From Acidimicrobiales bacterium (lineage in GTDB: Bacteria > Actinomycetota > Acidimicrobiia > Acidimicrobiales > JAHWKP01): a stretch of 64,000 bases of DNA. The position numbers and the translations under genes were made by a program. Positions 46,007 through 56,404 of the stretch are shown piece after piece. The stretch covers positions 99 through 64,098 of the forward strand of contig DATLBX010000057.1 in the NCBI GenBank assembly GCA_035526705.1, read 5' to 3'. The notes under the pieces were generated by a model, which was given only the letters and a program-made list of their open reading frames with translations, did not search any database and was not told where the DNA came from. Each line of letters opens with the position of its first letter. The first letter of the stretch is position 1.

Positions 46007-47452
46007 ATGTTCGATGCTGCTCGAGCCGCGGTCGAGGGAGCACTAGCCGCGGGCGCCACCTACGCCGACGCCCGCGTCATGGCCGGTCGCACCGAGTCCA
46101 TGAATGCGAAGAACGGCATGATCGAGGACCTCGGGCAATCCGAATCGAGCGGATTGGGCGTGCGCGCCTTGATTGGTTCCTCGTGGGGGTTCTTCGCATC
46201 AGCCGACCTGTCGGACAAGGGGGCTCGTTCCGCCGGCGAACAGGCCGCGGACATTGCGAAGGCGTCCGCGCTGGTCCCCGGCCCGGCCACTGAACTCGCC
46301 CCCGGCGACAAGCCGGCACAAGCCCACTGGGCTTCGGAGTGCGAGGAGCACCCACTCGACGACGTGAGCCTGTCGGAAAAGGGCGACCTTCTGGTCGGTG
46401 TCACCGAAGCCATGAGCCGGGTCAACGGGGTGTCGCTGGCGACGGCTTCGTACGCGATCTGGGACACGGAGAAGTGGTTCGTGTCTTCGGAAGGGCACCG
46501 GATCAGCCAGCGAATAATCGAGTGCGGCGCGCTCCTCAGTTCGACCGCGGTCGGGGACTCGGAAACCCAACGCCGGTCGTATCCCGGAATCCGCGGCCAG
46601 TACGGCACGAGTGGTTGGGAGTTGGTGCGCCGACTCGACTTGCCCGGGAACGCGCAGCGCATTGCCGAGGAGTCTGTTGCTCTGCTATCCGCGCCTCAGT
46701 GTCCGGAGGAGACGACGGACTTGATCCTCGGCGCCGAGCAGATGGCGCTCCAGATCCATGAGTCCGTTGGTCACGCCATCGAACTGGATCGCATCCTGGG
46801 TTGGGAAGCCGCGTACGCCGGCACGTCGTGGCTGGAGCCCGACAAAATGGGCTCGCTCAGGTTCGGGTCCGATCTGATGAACGTGACGGCGGACGCCACG
46901 TTGCCCGGCGCGCTCGGGTCTTTCGGTTACGACGACGAAGGCACCCCGGCGAAGTCGGTACCGATCATCGACAACGGCGTCTGGGTCGGGGTGCTCTCCG
47001 GCCGAGACTCCGCGGCCCAGGTCGGGATCCCGTCCGGGGGTTGCGTCCGGTCCGACGGGTGGAACCGGCTGCCGATGGTGCGCATGACCAACGTCGGTCT
47101 GCTGCCGGGGGAATCCTCGTTGAACGAGATGATCGCCGCCACGGAAACGGGGGTGCTGATGGACACCAACCGTTCGTGGTCCATCGACGACAAACGGCTG
47201 AACTTTCAGTTCGGATGCGAGATCGGATGGGAAATCAAGAACGGTGAGCGTGGTCGCATGCTGCGCAACCCGACATACACCGGTATCAGCCCTCAGTTCT
47301 GGGGTTCCATGGACATGGTTGGCGGCGCCGACGAGTGGGTCTTCTACGGCACGCCGAACTGTGGCAAAGGGCAGCCCACCCAAGTCGGCCATACGGGGCA
47401 CCCCTCGGTCCCGTGCCGGTTCCGCAACGTGCGCGTCGGGGTGAGGGGATGA
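46007..47452 (+). CDS. tldD: TldD family metalloprotease
   Basis: HESVGHAIELDR (HExxxH) and the C-terminal GxC motif PNCGKG. Confidence 0.88.
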   Translation: MFDAARAAVEGALAAGATYADARVMAGRTESMNAKNGMIEDLGQSESSGLGVRALIGSSWGFFASADLSDKGARSAGEQAADIAKASALVPGPATELAPGDKPAQAHWASECEEHPLDDVSLSEKGDLLVGVTEAMSRVNGVSLATASYAIWDTEKWFVSSEGHRISQRIIECGALLSSTAVGDSETQRRSYPGIRGQYGTSGWELVRRLDLPGNAQRIAEESVALLSAPQCPEETTDLILGAEQMALQIHESVGHAIELDRILGWEAAYAGTSWLEPDKMGSLRFGSDLMNVTADATLPGALGSFGYDDEGTPAKSVPIIDNGVWVGVLSGRDSAAQVGIPSGGCVRSDGWNRLPMVRMTNVGLLPGESSLNEMIAATETGVLMDTNRSWSIDDKRLNFQFGCEIGWEIKNGERGRMLRNPTYTGISPQFWGSMDMVGGADEWVFYGTPNCGKGQPTQVGHTGHPSVPCRFRNVRVGVRG

Positions 47453-48792
47453 CCGCGCCGACGGGCAACGGCGATGCGGCGATGGCGCTGTGTGAACAGG
47501 TGCTGGAGTTGGTCGGGACGCGCGGTGAGGCCGTGGTGCGCGCCAGCGCCGGCCAGTCGTCGCTAACTCGCTTCGCCAACTCGCGGATCCACCAGAACGT
47601 CTCCGAGGACACCGGCGGGGTGAGCCTGCAGGTAACCGTGGCAGGCGGGCGGACCGCCTCGGCGTCCGGCAACCACACCGACCAGACGGGACTAACGGCG
47701 CTCGTCGAGCGCGCCCTGGCGGCCGCCGTCTTGCGGCCGGAGGACCCGGAGTGGCCAGGACTTGCCGGGCCCGCTCCGGCGCGCGGCGCAGATCACTGGG
47801 ACGACGAAACGGCCGGCGCGTCGGCGCGTACGCGGGCGGAAGCCGTGGGTCAGTTCGTTGGGGCGGGCGACGGTCTGGAAGCCGCAGGCTTTTGCTCGAC
47901 TTCGTGGTCCGAGGTTGCACTGGCCAATTCCGCGGGCCAGCGTCTCGCCGGGCGCTCGACCGTCGCGTCGATATCCGGAATTCAGCGCGCCATCGGGCCG
48001 GACGGAAAGGCCGACGGCTCGGGGGACTGGTCCTCGTCGCGCGTCCGTGAGCTCGACGCCGCCGCAGCGGGTCGTCTGGCTGCGACTCGCGCCGTCGCCA
48101 GCACTGCGGCCGAGGACATCGGCCCCGGGCATTACGAGGTGGTGCTGGAGCCGGACTGTGTGTCGGACATGGTGCAGTTCCTCAGCTTCGGCTTCTCCGG
48201 CAAGGCCCATGCGGAGGGGACGAGCTTCGCCCACCCCGGCGAGGCCCAGTTCGACCCGGCGTTCTCCATGTGGGACGACGCGGCAGACGAACGATCCATC
48301 GGCCTGAACTTCGACGCCGAGGGGACACCCTCTGCCCTGTTGAACCTCGTCAAGGGCGGGGTGACCGGAGATCTGGCCCACGACCGGCGCTCCGCGGCCA
48401 GAGCCGGGGTGCAATCGACGGGCCACGCCACCGGTTCCACGGCATTCGGGGCCTTCCCGATGAACGTGATCGTCGGTGAGGGCGGAGACTCCGTGGACGA
48501 GCTGATCTCCGAGGTGGAACACGGGCTGCTGGTTTGCGGGTTCTGGTACACGCGGATTCTCGACCCCAAGACTCAGGTCGTCACCGGCCTGACGCGCAAT
48601 GGGCTGTTCCGGATCGATGAAGGCAAGGTGGGCGCCGCGGTGCGCAATCTCCGTTTCACCCAGTCCTACGCCGCGGCGCTGGGCGCGGGACGGGTGCTCG
48701 GGATCGGAAACGACGGCCGGCGCGTCGGCCGGTACTGGGTGCCGTCCCTCCGGCTGTCGGACTGGAACTTCACCGGCGGCGCTCAGGGCTGA
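47449..48792 (+). CDS. pmbA: PmbA/TldE family protein
   Basis: The ATG overlaps the tldD stop as ATGA. Family pattern LTRFANSRIHQNV...GFWYTRILDP, with no HExxxH. Confidence 0.85.
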   Translation: MTAPTGNGDAAMALCEQVLELVGTRGEAVVRASAGQSSLTRFANSRIHQNVSEDTGGVSLQVTVAGGRTASASGNHTDQTGLTALVERALAAAVLRPEDPEWPGLAGPAPARGADHWDDETAGASARTRAEAVGQFVGAGDGLEAAGFCSTSWSEVALANSAGQRLAGRSTVASISGIQRAIGPDGKADGSGDWSSSRVRELDAAAAGRLAATRAVASTAAEDIGPGHYEVVLEPDCVSDMVQFLSFGFSGKAHAEGTSFAHPGEAQFDPAFSMWDDAADERSIGLNFDAEGTPSALLNLVKGGVTGDLAHDRRSAARAGVQSTGHATGSTAFGAFPMNVIVGEGGDSVDELISEVEHGLLVCGFWYTRILDPKTQVVTGLTRNGLFRIDEGKVGAAVRNLRFTQSYAAALGAGRVLGIGNDGRRVGRYWVPSLRLSDWNFTGGAQG

Positions 48793-48804
48793 GCCCCGGC
48801 GCCT

Positions 48805-49806
48805 TTACGCGCTGAGGCTGAAGATGGTCGCTCGCCGGCCCAAGAGGCGCACGTCGAAAGAGCGCGTCACCTGAAGGTCCGACCCCCCGATAGCTCCTTC
48901 GAGCTCGCGGGACTTCGGGGCGAGTATGACCACCGGCCCCCCGTTCGTGAGTCGTGCGGCCTCGGCGATCACCGCACTGAACCACGGGCCAGGTCGCTGC
49001 GGGAGCCTGTGTTGCTCACCAAAGGGGAGATTCGAGACCATGGCGGAGACCGTCCCGTCGAACAGCGGAAGGCGGCGTGCGTCGCCGAGCCACAACCGGT
49101 TCGCGTTCACGTTGCGCGCCGCCGCGGCGAGTGCTGCCGCGTCGATGTCCGCGCCGAACGGGGTCCAGCCCGCGGCAAGCGCCTCGGAGAGGATCGTGCC
49201 TGAACCGCAGCACGGGTCCACGAGGATTCCATCGGCATCGCCCGCGAGATGCACCATCGCAGCGGCGAGCGTCGGACGCAATGCAGCCTCGCGTTCCTCC
49301 ACCCTTCCGCCGCGGTTTCGCAACTCTCCGGTCGTGAGCCGCAGGCCGATGCGGAGGCGGCCGGGGCGGTCCTCGAGCGCCCACACCTCCAGGTCGCTCG
49401 GGTCGGCCGTCCGCCAAGCAGGCCGCGCCCTGCCGATCTCGTGGGTCAGTGCCTCTCGCAGCTCGGTGCGCAGAAACGCGTCCTCCGAGAGCAGTCGGGC
49501 GACCACCCGGAATGACATTCGCGCCGATAGCGGCCGACGCCACCCCGTCCACACGGAGAGCGCCTTCTCCATTTGCAAACCGTTCAGAGCCGCGGTGATC
49601 TCTCCCACCAAAGATCGCAAGGGTCGTCGCGTCGCGACGTTGGTGATCTCGACCAGCACGTCCTCACCGAGACGGGTCGTGAAGACACGGCCGGGTCGGT
49701 CGACGAGAACGACGTCAGCCCGCCCGTCGTTACCCGACAGGTCACCCGACAGCTCTTCGGCTATCAGCGGGGCCAGACCCGGTATACCGAGTACGAGATA
49801 CCTCAC
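48805..49806 (-). CDS. THUMP-like/UPF0020 class I SAM-dependent (probably RNA) methyltransferase
   Basis: SAM motif I LVDPCCGSGTIL and motif IV NLPFG. GTG at 49806 is preferred; the ORF-track extension enters repeat B4. Confidence 0.75.
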   Translation of the reverse strand: MRYLVLGIPGLAPLIAEELSGDLSGNDGRADVVLVDRPGRVFTTRLGEDVLVEITNVATRRPLRSLVGEITAALNGLQMEKALSVWTGWRRPLSARMSFRVVARLLSEDAFLRTELREALTHEIGRARPAWRTADPSDLEVWALEDRPGRLRIGLRLTTGELRNRGGRVEEREAALRPTLAAAMVHLAGDADGILVDPCCGSGTILSEALAAGWTPFGADIDAAALAAAARNVNANRLWLGDARRLPLFDGTVSAMVSNLPFGEQHRLPQRPGPWFSAVIAEAARLTNGGPVVILAPKSRELEGAIGGSDLQVTRSFDVRLLGRRATIFSLSA

Positions 49807-49858
49807 CGCCGGGGTCCCAGGGAGCGCGCAGCTGTTCCCCTCCCCCGGCCGGCAGCCA

Positions 49859-49924
49859 GGCGGCGGGGCTGGGGTCCCCACTGCCTGCCAGGGGCGGAGC
49901 GGACGAGCCGAAGTCGGACGAGCC
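49859..49924 (+). repeat. Family B repeat, copy B4
   Basis: CAGGC-GGC-GGGG-CTGGGGT-CCCC-ACT-GCCTG hairpin followed by GGACGAGCCGAAGTCGGACGAGCC. It lies in a divergent spacer. Confidence 0.7.
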
Positions 49925-49938
49925 AGTAAAAAGGCCCG

Positions 49939-50931
49939 ATGCGAGTAGCCGTTCTAGGTGGGACAGTTTTCATCGGTCGAGCCATTGTTGACGACCTGGT
50001 CGACAACGGGCACGAGGTGATGGTTTGCCACCGGGGTGATCATGAACCAGAAGGGCCGCCGTTCGACTCGATTCGGCATCTGCATTGCGATCGAGCGGAT
50101 CTGGCGTCACACCGCAAGGAACTGGACGCTTTCGCGCCGGAGGCCATGGTCGACTGCCGGGCGCTGGGTCGGGCGGACTCGCAGGCCGCAGTCGACTGCT
50201 TCGACGAAAGCGTCCGCTTGGTCGTCCTCTCCAGCATGGACGTCTATCGCGCCCTAACCGGTCTCGTCACCAACCAATTGCTCGAGCCGGTGCCGGTCAC
50301 GGAAACGTCCGCCGTGCGCGACGAGCGTTATCCATACCGGGGCCAGGCGCCGGGGATGGACGACTACGACAAGCTCGACGTCGAGGAGGTCTACTGCGGT
50401 CGGGGCGGAGTGTCTCTACGGCTCCCGATGGTCAGCGGCCCCTACGACTACCAGCGGCGCGAGGAGCCCGTCCTTCGCAGGGTGCGCGCTGAACGCAAGC
50501 GCATCCCGGTGGGCGACGGGTCCTGGCTCAACACCAGGGGCTACGTCGGCGACATCGGGACCGCGGCGCGGCTGGCCGTCGAGGCGCCCGCGGACGGCGT
50601 CGAGGGTGAGGTGTTCAACATTTGCGAGGAGAAGACCTGGCCGATGGCGCGCGTTGTTCAGGAAATCCTCGACGCGGCCGGATCAGACGCGGAGTTGGTG
50701 CGCGTTCCGAACGAGGCGCTGCCGGACGACCTCGGTTTGACGGGCAGCGTCGCCCAACACTTCCTCGTCAGTTCGGAGAAGGCGCGGCGGATTCTCGGTT
50801 ACACGGACACGCCACGAGCGGAGACGTTCGCCGCCACCGTCAAGTGGCATCTCGAGAACCCGCCGCCCGCCCCAGAAGGAGACGCACCGACCTTCGAAGC
50901 TGACGACGCCGCCTTGGAGCGCGCCCTCTAA
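49939..50931 (+). CDS. NAD-dependent epimerase/dehydratase family protein
   Basis: Rossmann N-terminus MRVAVLGGTVFIGRAIVDDLV with an extended-SDR layout. Confidence 0.8.
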   Translation: MRVAVLGGTVFIGRAIVDDLVDNGHEVMVCHRGDHEPEGPPFDSIRHLHCDRADLASHRKELDAFAPEAMVDCRALGRADSQAAVDCFDESVRLVVLSSMDVYRALTGLVTNQLLEPVPVTETSAVRDERYPYRGQAPGMDDYDKLDVEEVYCGRGGVSLRLPMVSGPYDYQRREEPVLRRVRAERKRIPVGDGSWLNTRGYVGDIGTAARLAVEAPADGVEGEVFNICEEKTWPMARVVQEILDAAGSDAELVRVPNEALPDDLGLTGSVAQHFLVSSEKARRILGYTDTPRAETFAATVKWHLENPPPAPEGDAPTFEADDAALERAL

Positions 50932-50949
50932 ATCCTCGGGTGCAGGCGG

Positions 50950-52764
<1,815 letters not shown>

Positions 52765-52872
52765 GGGCACATTCAACCGCAAAAGTGGTCAGCGCCGCCC
52801 GTCCTCCGGGCGTGTCCTTCCGCGCAGGATTCAGAGTCGGAAGCTGGTCTCCGCGAAGGCGCGGGCCCTCAG

Positions 52873-53124
52873 CTACAGGTCATCCGGGTTGGTGGTCAGC
52901 TCCATCTCTTCCATGCAATGGCGAGGCGGTTCGGGGATCTGGTCGGAAGCCAGCGTGAGGCGCGCCTCGGTGCCGCAGAGCGCGCAGCGGTAGCGCAGGT
53001 TCACCCTCCGCAACTCGCCGGGCGGAGGAGGTTCGGGGATCGGAGTCGCCAGGCTGCGCAGAACGAACATCCCGGCCCTCACGAGAAAGATCGCGACAGC
53101 GATCGCGATCACAAGCCTGATCAC
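52873..53124 (-). CDS. Small membrane-anchored protein with CxxC...HC zinc-ribbon-like tail
   Basis: 83 aa. N-terminal TM IRLVIAIAVAIFLV, then RYRCALCGTE...PRHCMEE. GTG start. Confidence 0.55.
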   Translation of the reverse strand: MIRLVIAIAVAIFLVRAGMFVLRSLATPIPEPPPPGELRRVNLRYRCALCGTEARLTLASDQIPEPPRHCMEEMELTTNPDDL

Positions 53125-53144
53125 GGGGAGCCCCGCTTAACGCG

Positions 53145-53250
53145 TTGCGGGCGTGCTTGGGCACGCAGAGGCGGTCCAAGTAACGCCCGCAACGGGCTTC
53201 GGGCTCGAGCGGGCGTGCTTGGGCACGCAGAGGCGGTCCGAGTACGCCCG
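53145..53250 (+). repeat. Family C: two tandem copies (~62-bp period) of a nested hairpin element
   Basis: TTGCGGGCGTGCTTGGGCACGCAGAGGCGGTCCAAGTAACGCCCGCAA, then GCGGGCGTGCTTGGGCACGCAGAGGCGGTCCGAGTACGCCCG. Inner hairpin is GCGTGC-TTGG-GCACGC. The 5' part resembles family A module 1. Confidence 0.85.
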
Positions 53251-53258
53251 GAAGGGGA

Positions 53259-54428
53259 TTAGATCCGCTCGATGATGGTGGCGTTGGCCATGCCGCCGCC
53301 TTCGCACATGGTCTGAAGGCCGTAGCGGCCGCCCGTGCGCTCGAGCTCGTTGACCAGAGTCGCGAGCAACTTGGCACCACTGGCGCCGAGCGGGTGGCCG
53401 AGGGCCATCGCACCGCCGTTCACGTTGACCTTCTCCATGTCCGGGTTGTGCTCCGCCTTCCATGCGAGCACCACCGAAGCAAACGCTTCGTTGATCTCGA
53501 TGACATCCATGTCGGACAGAGAGAGCTTCGCCCGCTCCAACACCTTGGAGGTCGCGGGAATCGGCCCGGTCAGCATCATCACGGGGTCGACCCCGGCCAG
53601 CGCGAAGTTGACGAAGCGCGCACGCGGCTTGAGGCCGAGTTGGTTGGCCTTCTCCTCGCTCATGATCAACACGGCCGCTGCGCCATCGGTGATCTGAGAC
53701 GAGTTGGCCGCGGTCACCTTGCCGTCGGGCTTGAACGCGGGCTTCAGCTTGGCGAGTGTCTCGAGCGAGGAGTCAGGCCGGATGCCCTCGTCGGTGTTCA
53801 TGATCTCGCCCGTGCCCTGCCCGTTGTCGTCCCGGATCTCGACCGGGACGATCTCCTTCTCGAACCGGCCTTCCTTCGTGGCGCGGTCGGCGCGCTGGTG
53901 GCTCTCCACCGCGAGGGCGTCGAGGTCCTCACGGGTAAGGCCCCACTTCTCGCAGATCATCTCCGCGGAGATGCCCTGCGGCACCAAGCCGCCCACATCG
54001 GAATAGCGCAGGCCGACTTTCGGACCGAACGGCATCCCGCCGACGACAGACGAACCCATGGGCACGCGGGTCATCGCTTCCACCCCGGCTGCGATGACGA
54101 CGTCGTACGCGCCGGCCATCACCCCTTGCGCCGCGAAGTGCGCGGACTGCTGCGAGGAGCCGCATTGGCGGTCGATGGTGGTGGCGGGGATCGACTCGGG
54201 CCATCCGGCGGCCAGCACCGCGTTCCGGCCGACGTTGATGGACTGCTCGCCGACCTGCATGACGCAGCCCATGATGACGTCGTCGATCTCTTTGGGATCG
54301 AGGTCGTTCCGCTCCTGGAGTGCGGTCAGGGTCTCGGCGGCCAGGTCGACCGGGTGCCAGCCCTTGAGCTTGCCGTTGCGCTTGCCTCCGGGCGTCCGGA
54401 CGGCGTCGACGATCACTGCGGTGGGCAT
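53259..54428 (-). CDS. Acetyl-CoA C-acetyltransferase (thiolase)
   Basis: Active-site Cys in IDRQCGSSQQ. C-terminal NVNGGAMALGHPLGASG and MCEGGGMA. Confidence 0.93.
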   Translation of the reverse strand: MPTAVIVDAVRTPGGKRNGKLKGWHPVDLAAETLTALQERNDLDPKEIDDVIMGCVMQVGEQSINVGRNAVLAAGWPESIPATTIDRQCGSSQQSAHFAAQGVMAGAYDVVIAAGVEAMTRVPMGSSVVGGMPFGPKVGLRYSDVGGLVPQGISAEMICEKWGLTREDLDALAVESHQRADRATKEGRFEKEIVPVEIRDDNGQGTGEIMNTDEGIRPDSSLETLAKLKPAFKPDGKVTAANSSQITDGAAAVLIMSEEKANQLGLKPRARFVNFALAGVDPVMMLTGPIPATSKVLERAKLSLSDMDVIEINEAFASVVLAWKAEHNPDMEKVNVNGGAMALGHPLGASGAKLLATLVNELERTGGRYGLQTMCEGGGMANATIIERI

Positions 54429-54500
54429 GAAAGCCCTCCCCTCTGACTCGTGGCGGCGGAGGGGAACCCCCGCACCGATCCTCTTGTGACTACCCGGTAA

Positions 54501-54884
54501 CTATGCCGTAGTCCGAGACCCTTTGGAGAGGCGGCTCAGCCACCGGCCAGTCGTGACGCGGTTCTCGGCCACCCATCGGTAGGCCCACCGCGCCAGCAGG
54601 CGCGCCACCGGGAGCTCGAGGAGATGACCGATGAGCGCCTGCCTGCCCCCCATGGCGACGAGGCTCTTGGCGATGGCGGCAGCGCCCTCCGCAGGAGGAG
54701 CGCCCTGGTCGATCCACCAGGCAGCACGCATCACGTCGTCGCGCGAGATCCCCATAGCGGCCAACTCCTCGTCGGTCAGCTGCTGGCTCGGCACTACTCC
54801 GACATCGGGATGCAAGCGCCGGCGGCACCACCTCGCGGACTTACGGCACAGCCCGCACTCGCCGTCATAGATGAGGATCGCCAC
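54501..54884 (-). CDS. Thiol-disulfide oxidoreductase DCC family protein (DUF393)
   Basis: N-terminal ILIYDGECGLCRKSARW (CxxC). Confidence 0.85.
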   Translation of the reverse strand: MAILIYDGECGLCRKSARWCRRRLHPDVGVVPSQQLTDEELAAMGISRDDVMRAAWWIDQGAPPAEGAAAIAKSLVAMGGRQALIGHLLELPVARLLARWAYRWVAENRVTTGRWLSRLSKGSRTTA

Positions 54885-54907
54885 CGCCCCAAAGTACGGT
54901 CCGCTCC

Positions 54908-55321
54908 ATGCGCGACATGACGAAGTGGCTGGGCGACGGCGGGATGGGTCTCATTGGGCGGCTCGGAGCCTCCTTCGACGCATTTGGGGAGGGCTGGGTC
55001 ACCGCGACGTGGACCCCGACGGAGCTGGCCGGCAACACCAGGGCCATCGTGCAGGCCGGAGTCGTGTCGGTGTTGCTGGACGCAGCCATGAACTTTGCCC
55101 TGAACGCGGCGCTCGACGGCGGCGACCGGTCCAAGGCAACGCTGGAGATGAAGACCGAGACCATGCGGGCCTCGCAGGTCGGCGACGTTCTCCACGTGCG
55201 GGGCGAGGTAGTCCGCCTCACCCGGGGTTTCGCGTGGACCGAAGGGTGGGTCCGCCAAGGCGGCCCCGACGGCGAGTTGGCAGCCCGTTCCACCGGCACT
55301 TTCGCGGTGCATCGGGCCTGA
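54908..55321 (+). CDS. PaaI-family hotdog-fold thioesterase
   Basis: Family pattern NTRAIVQAGVVSVLLDAAM...VRGEVVRLTRGFAWTEG. Confidence 0.8.
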   Translation: MRDMTKWLGDGGMGLIGRLGASFDAFGEGWVTATWTPTELAGNTRAIVQAGVVSVLLDAAMNFALNAALDGGDRSKATLEMKTETMRASQVGDVLHVRGEVVRLTRGFAWTEGWVRQGGPDGELAARSTGTFAVHRA

Positions 55322-55426
55322 CCGCCACACTTATCCACAGGCTGGGGACCAATCTGGGGACGGATCACACGCTTGTAACTTGCTAGCTACCGGCTGTGCG
55401 GCCAGCCAAGTCGTAGCCCGGGAGCG

Positions 55427-55732
55427 CTACCGGTATCTGGTGGCTACGACAAACCCCGCGGTGATCGAGACCAGCCCGCCGAGCAGATACCAGTTGTTTG
55501 CGCCGCCGGGCAGCACGTCCATGTAGTTGACGATGATCACCAGCATCCCGAGGCCCAGCAGGGCGAACATGAGGATGGGCACGATTTTCGACGACTCCTT
55601 GAACTCCCGCGGAATAGGCGGGGTGTACCGGCCGGACGCGGCGGCGGGGTTCCGCACCACGCCGCGGGGCGTCCGCTTGCGGGCCGAGCGCCCTGGCGCG
55701 CGGCGATTGCGGCTGGACTTCGTCTTCGGCAT
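55427..55732 (-). CDS. crgA: Cell division protein CrgA
   Basis: Last 101 codons of ORF 55427..56173. Basic N-terminus MPKTKSSRNRR and two TM segments. Conserved position next to trpG and pknB. Confidence 0.85.
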   Translation of the reverse strand: MPKTKSSRNRRAPGRSARKRTPRGVVRNPAAASGRYTPPIPREFKESSKIVPILMFALLGLGMLVIIVNYMDVLPGGANNWYLLGGLVSITAGFVVATRYR

Positions 55733-55750
55733 TGCTGCGAGCATAGAGGC

Positions 55751-56404
55751 GTGGAAAACGAGCCCGGCGGCGCCCGAAGTGGGGCGCCCCGCGTCCTGGT
55801 GATCGACAACTACGACTCGTTCGTCTACAACCTCGTGCAGTACCTCGCGCAGCTGGGGGCCGAGCCCGTCGTCCATCGCAACGACGCCATAACGCTCGAA
55901 GAGGCCCGCCAACTCTCGCCTGACGCGGTGCTGATATCGCCGGGTCCGGGGAGGCCGGCCGACGCAGGGGTGAGCAACGAGCTCATTCGCGAACTCGGTC
56001 CCTCCGTTCCCCTGCTGGGTGTCTGTCTCGGCCACCAGTGCATCGCCGAGGTTTTTGGTGGGGCCATCGTCCGGGCTCCCGAGATCATGCATGGCAAGAC
56101 GTCGATGATTCATCACGAAGACGCTGGCGTGATGCGAGGTCTCCCCAGTCCATTCGAGGCGACCCGTTACCACTCTCTCGTCGTCGAGCCCGCGTCCTTT
56201 CCGGCGGACCTGCAGGTCACGGCGCGCACCGAAGACGGCGTGATCATGGGGCTACGCCACACCGACCTTCCCATCGAGGGTGTGCAGTTCCATCCGGAGT
56301 CCGTCCTGACCGCGGGCGGCCACCAGCTACTGGCCAATTGGTTGGCCAACACCGGCTGGCAGGCGGAGCTCCCGCCCGCGCCGGCGGAGGCTTGGCGCGC
56401 CTAG
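55751..56404 (+). CDS. trpG: Anthranilate/aminodeoxychorismate synthase glutamine amidotransferase component
   Basis: VLVIDNYDSFVYNLVQYL, GVCLGHQ (catalytic Cys) and FHPES. Confidence 0.92.
   Translation: MENEPGGARSGAPRVLVIDNYDSFVYNLVQYLAQLGAEPVVHRNDAITLEEARQLSPDAVLISPGPGRPADAGVSNELIRELGPSVPLLGVCLGHQCIAEVFGGAIVRAPEIMHGKTSMIHHEDAGVMRGLPSPFEATRYHSLVVEPASFPADLQVTARTEDGVIMGLRHTDLPIEGVQFHPESVLTAGGHQLLANWLANTGWQAELPPAPAEAWRA

Noticed and set aside
53145-53250. Possible CRISPR array (this tandem repeat, or any of the family A/B copies).
   Set aside because: Only two adjacent units are present with a ~15-20 nt gap. The other families are dispersed single copies kilobases apart. There is no regular repeat-spacer periodicity and there are no cas genes.
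55331-55339. Perfect E. coli-type DnaA box TTATCCACA in the AT-richer spacer between the thioesterase and crgA, which could hint at oriC.
   Set aside because: It is a single box with no cluster of related 9-mers. No dnaA or dnaN gene is nearby and no AT-rich unwinding element is evident. An isolated match is not evidence for an origin.
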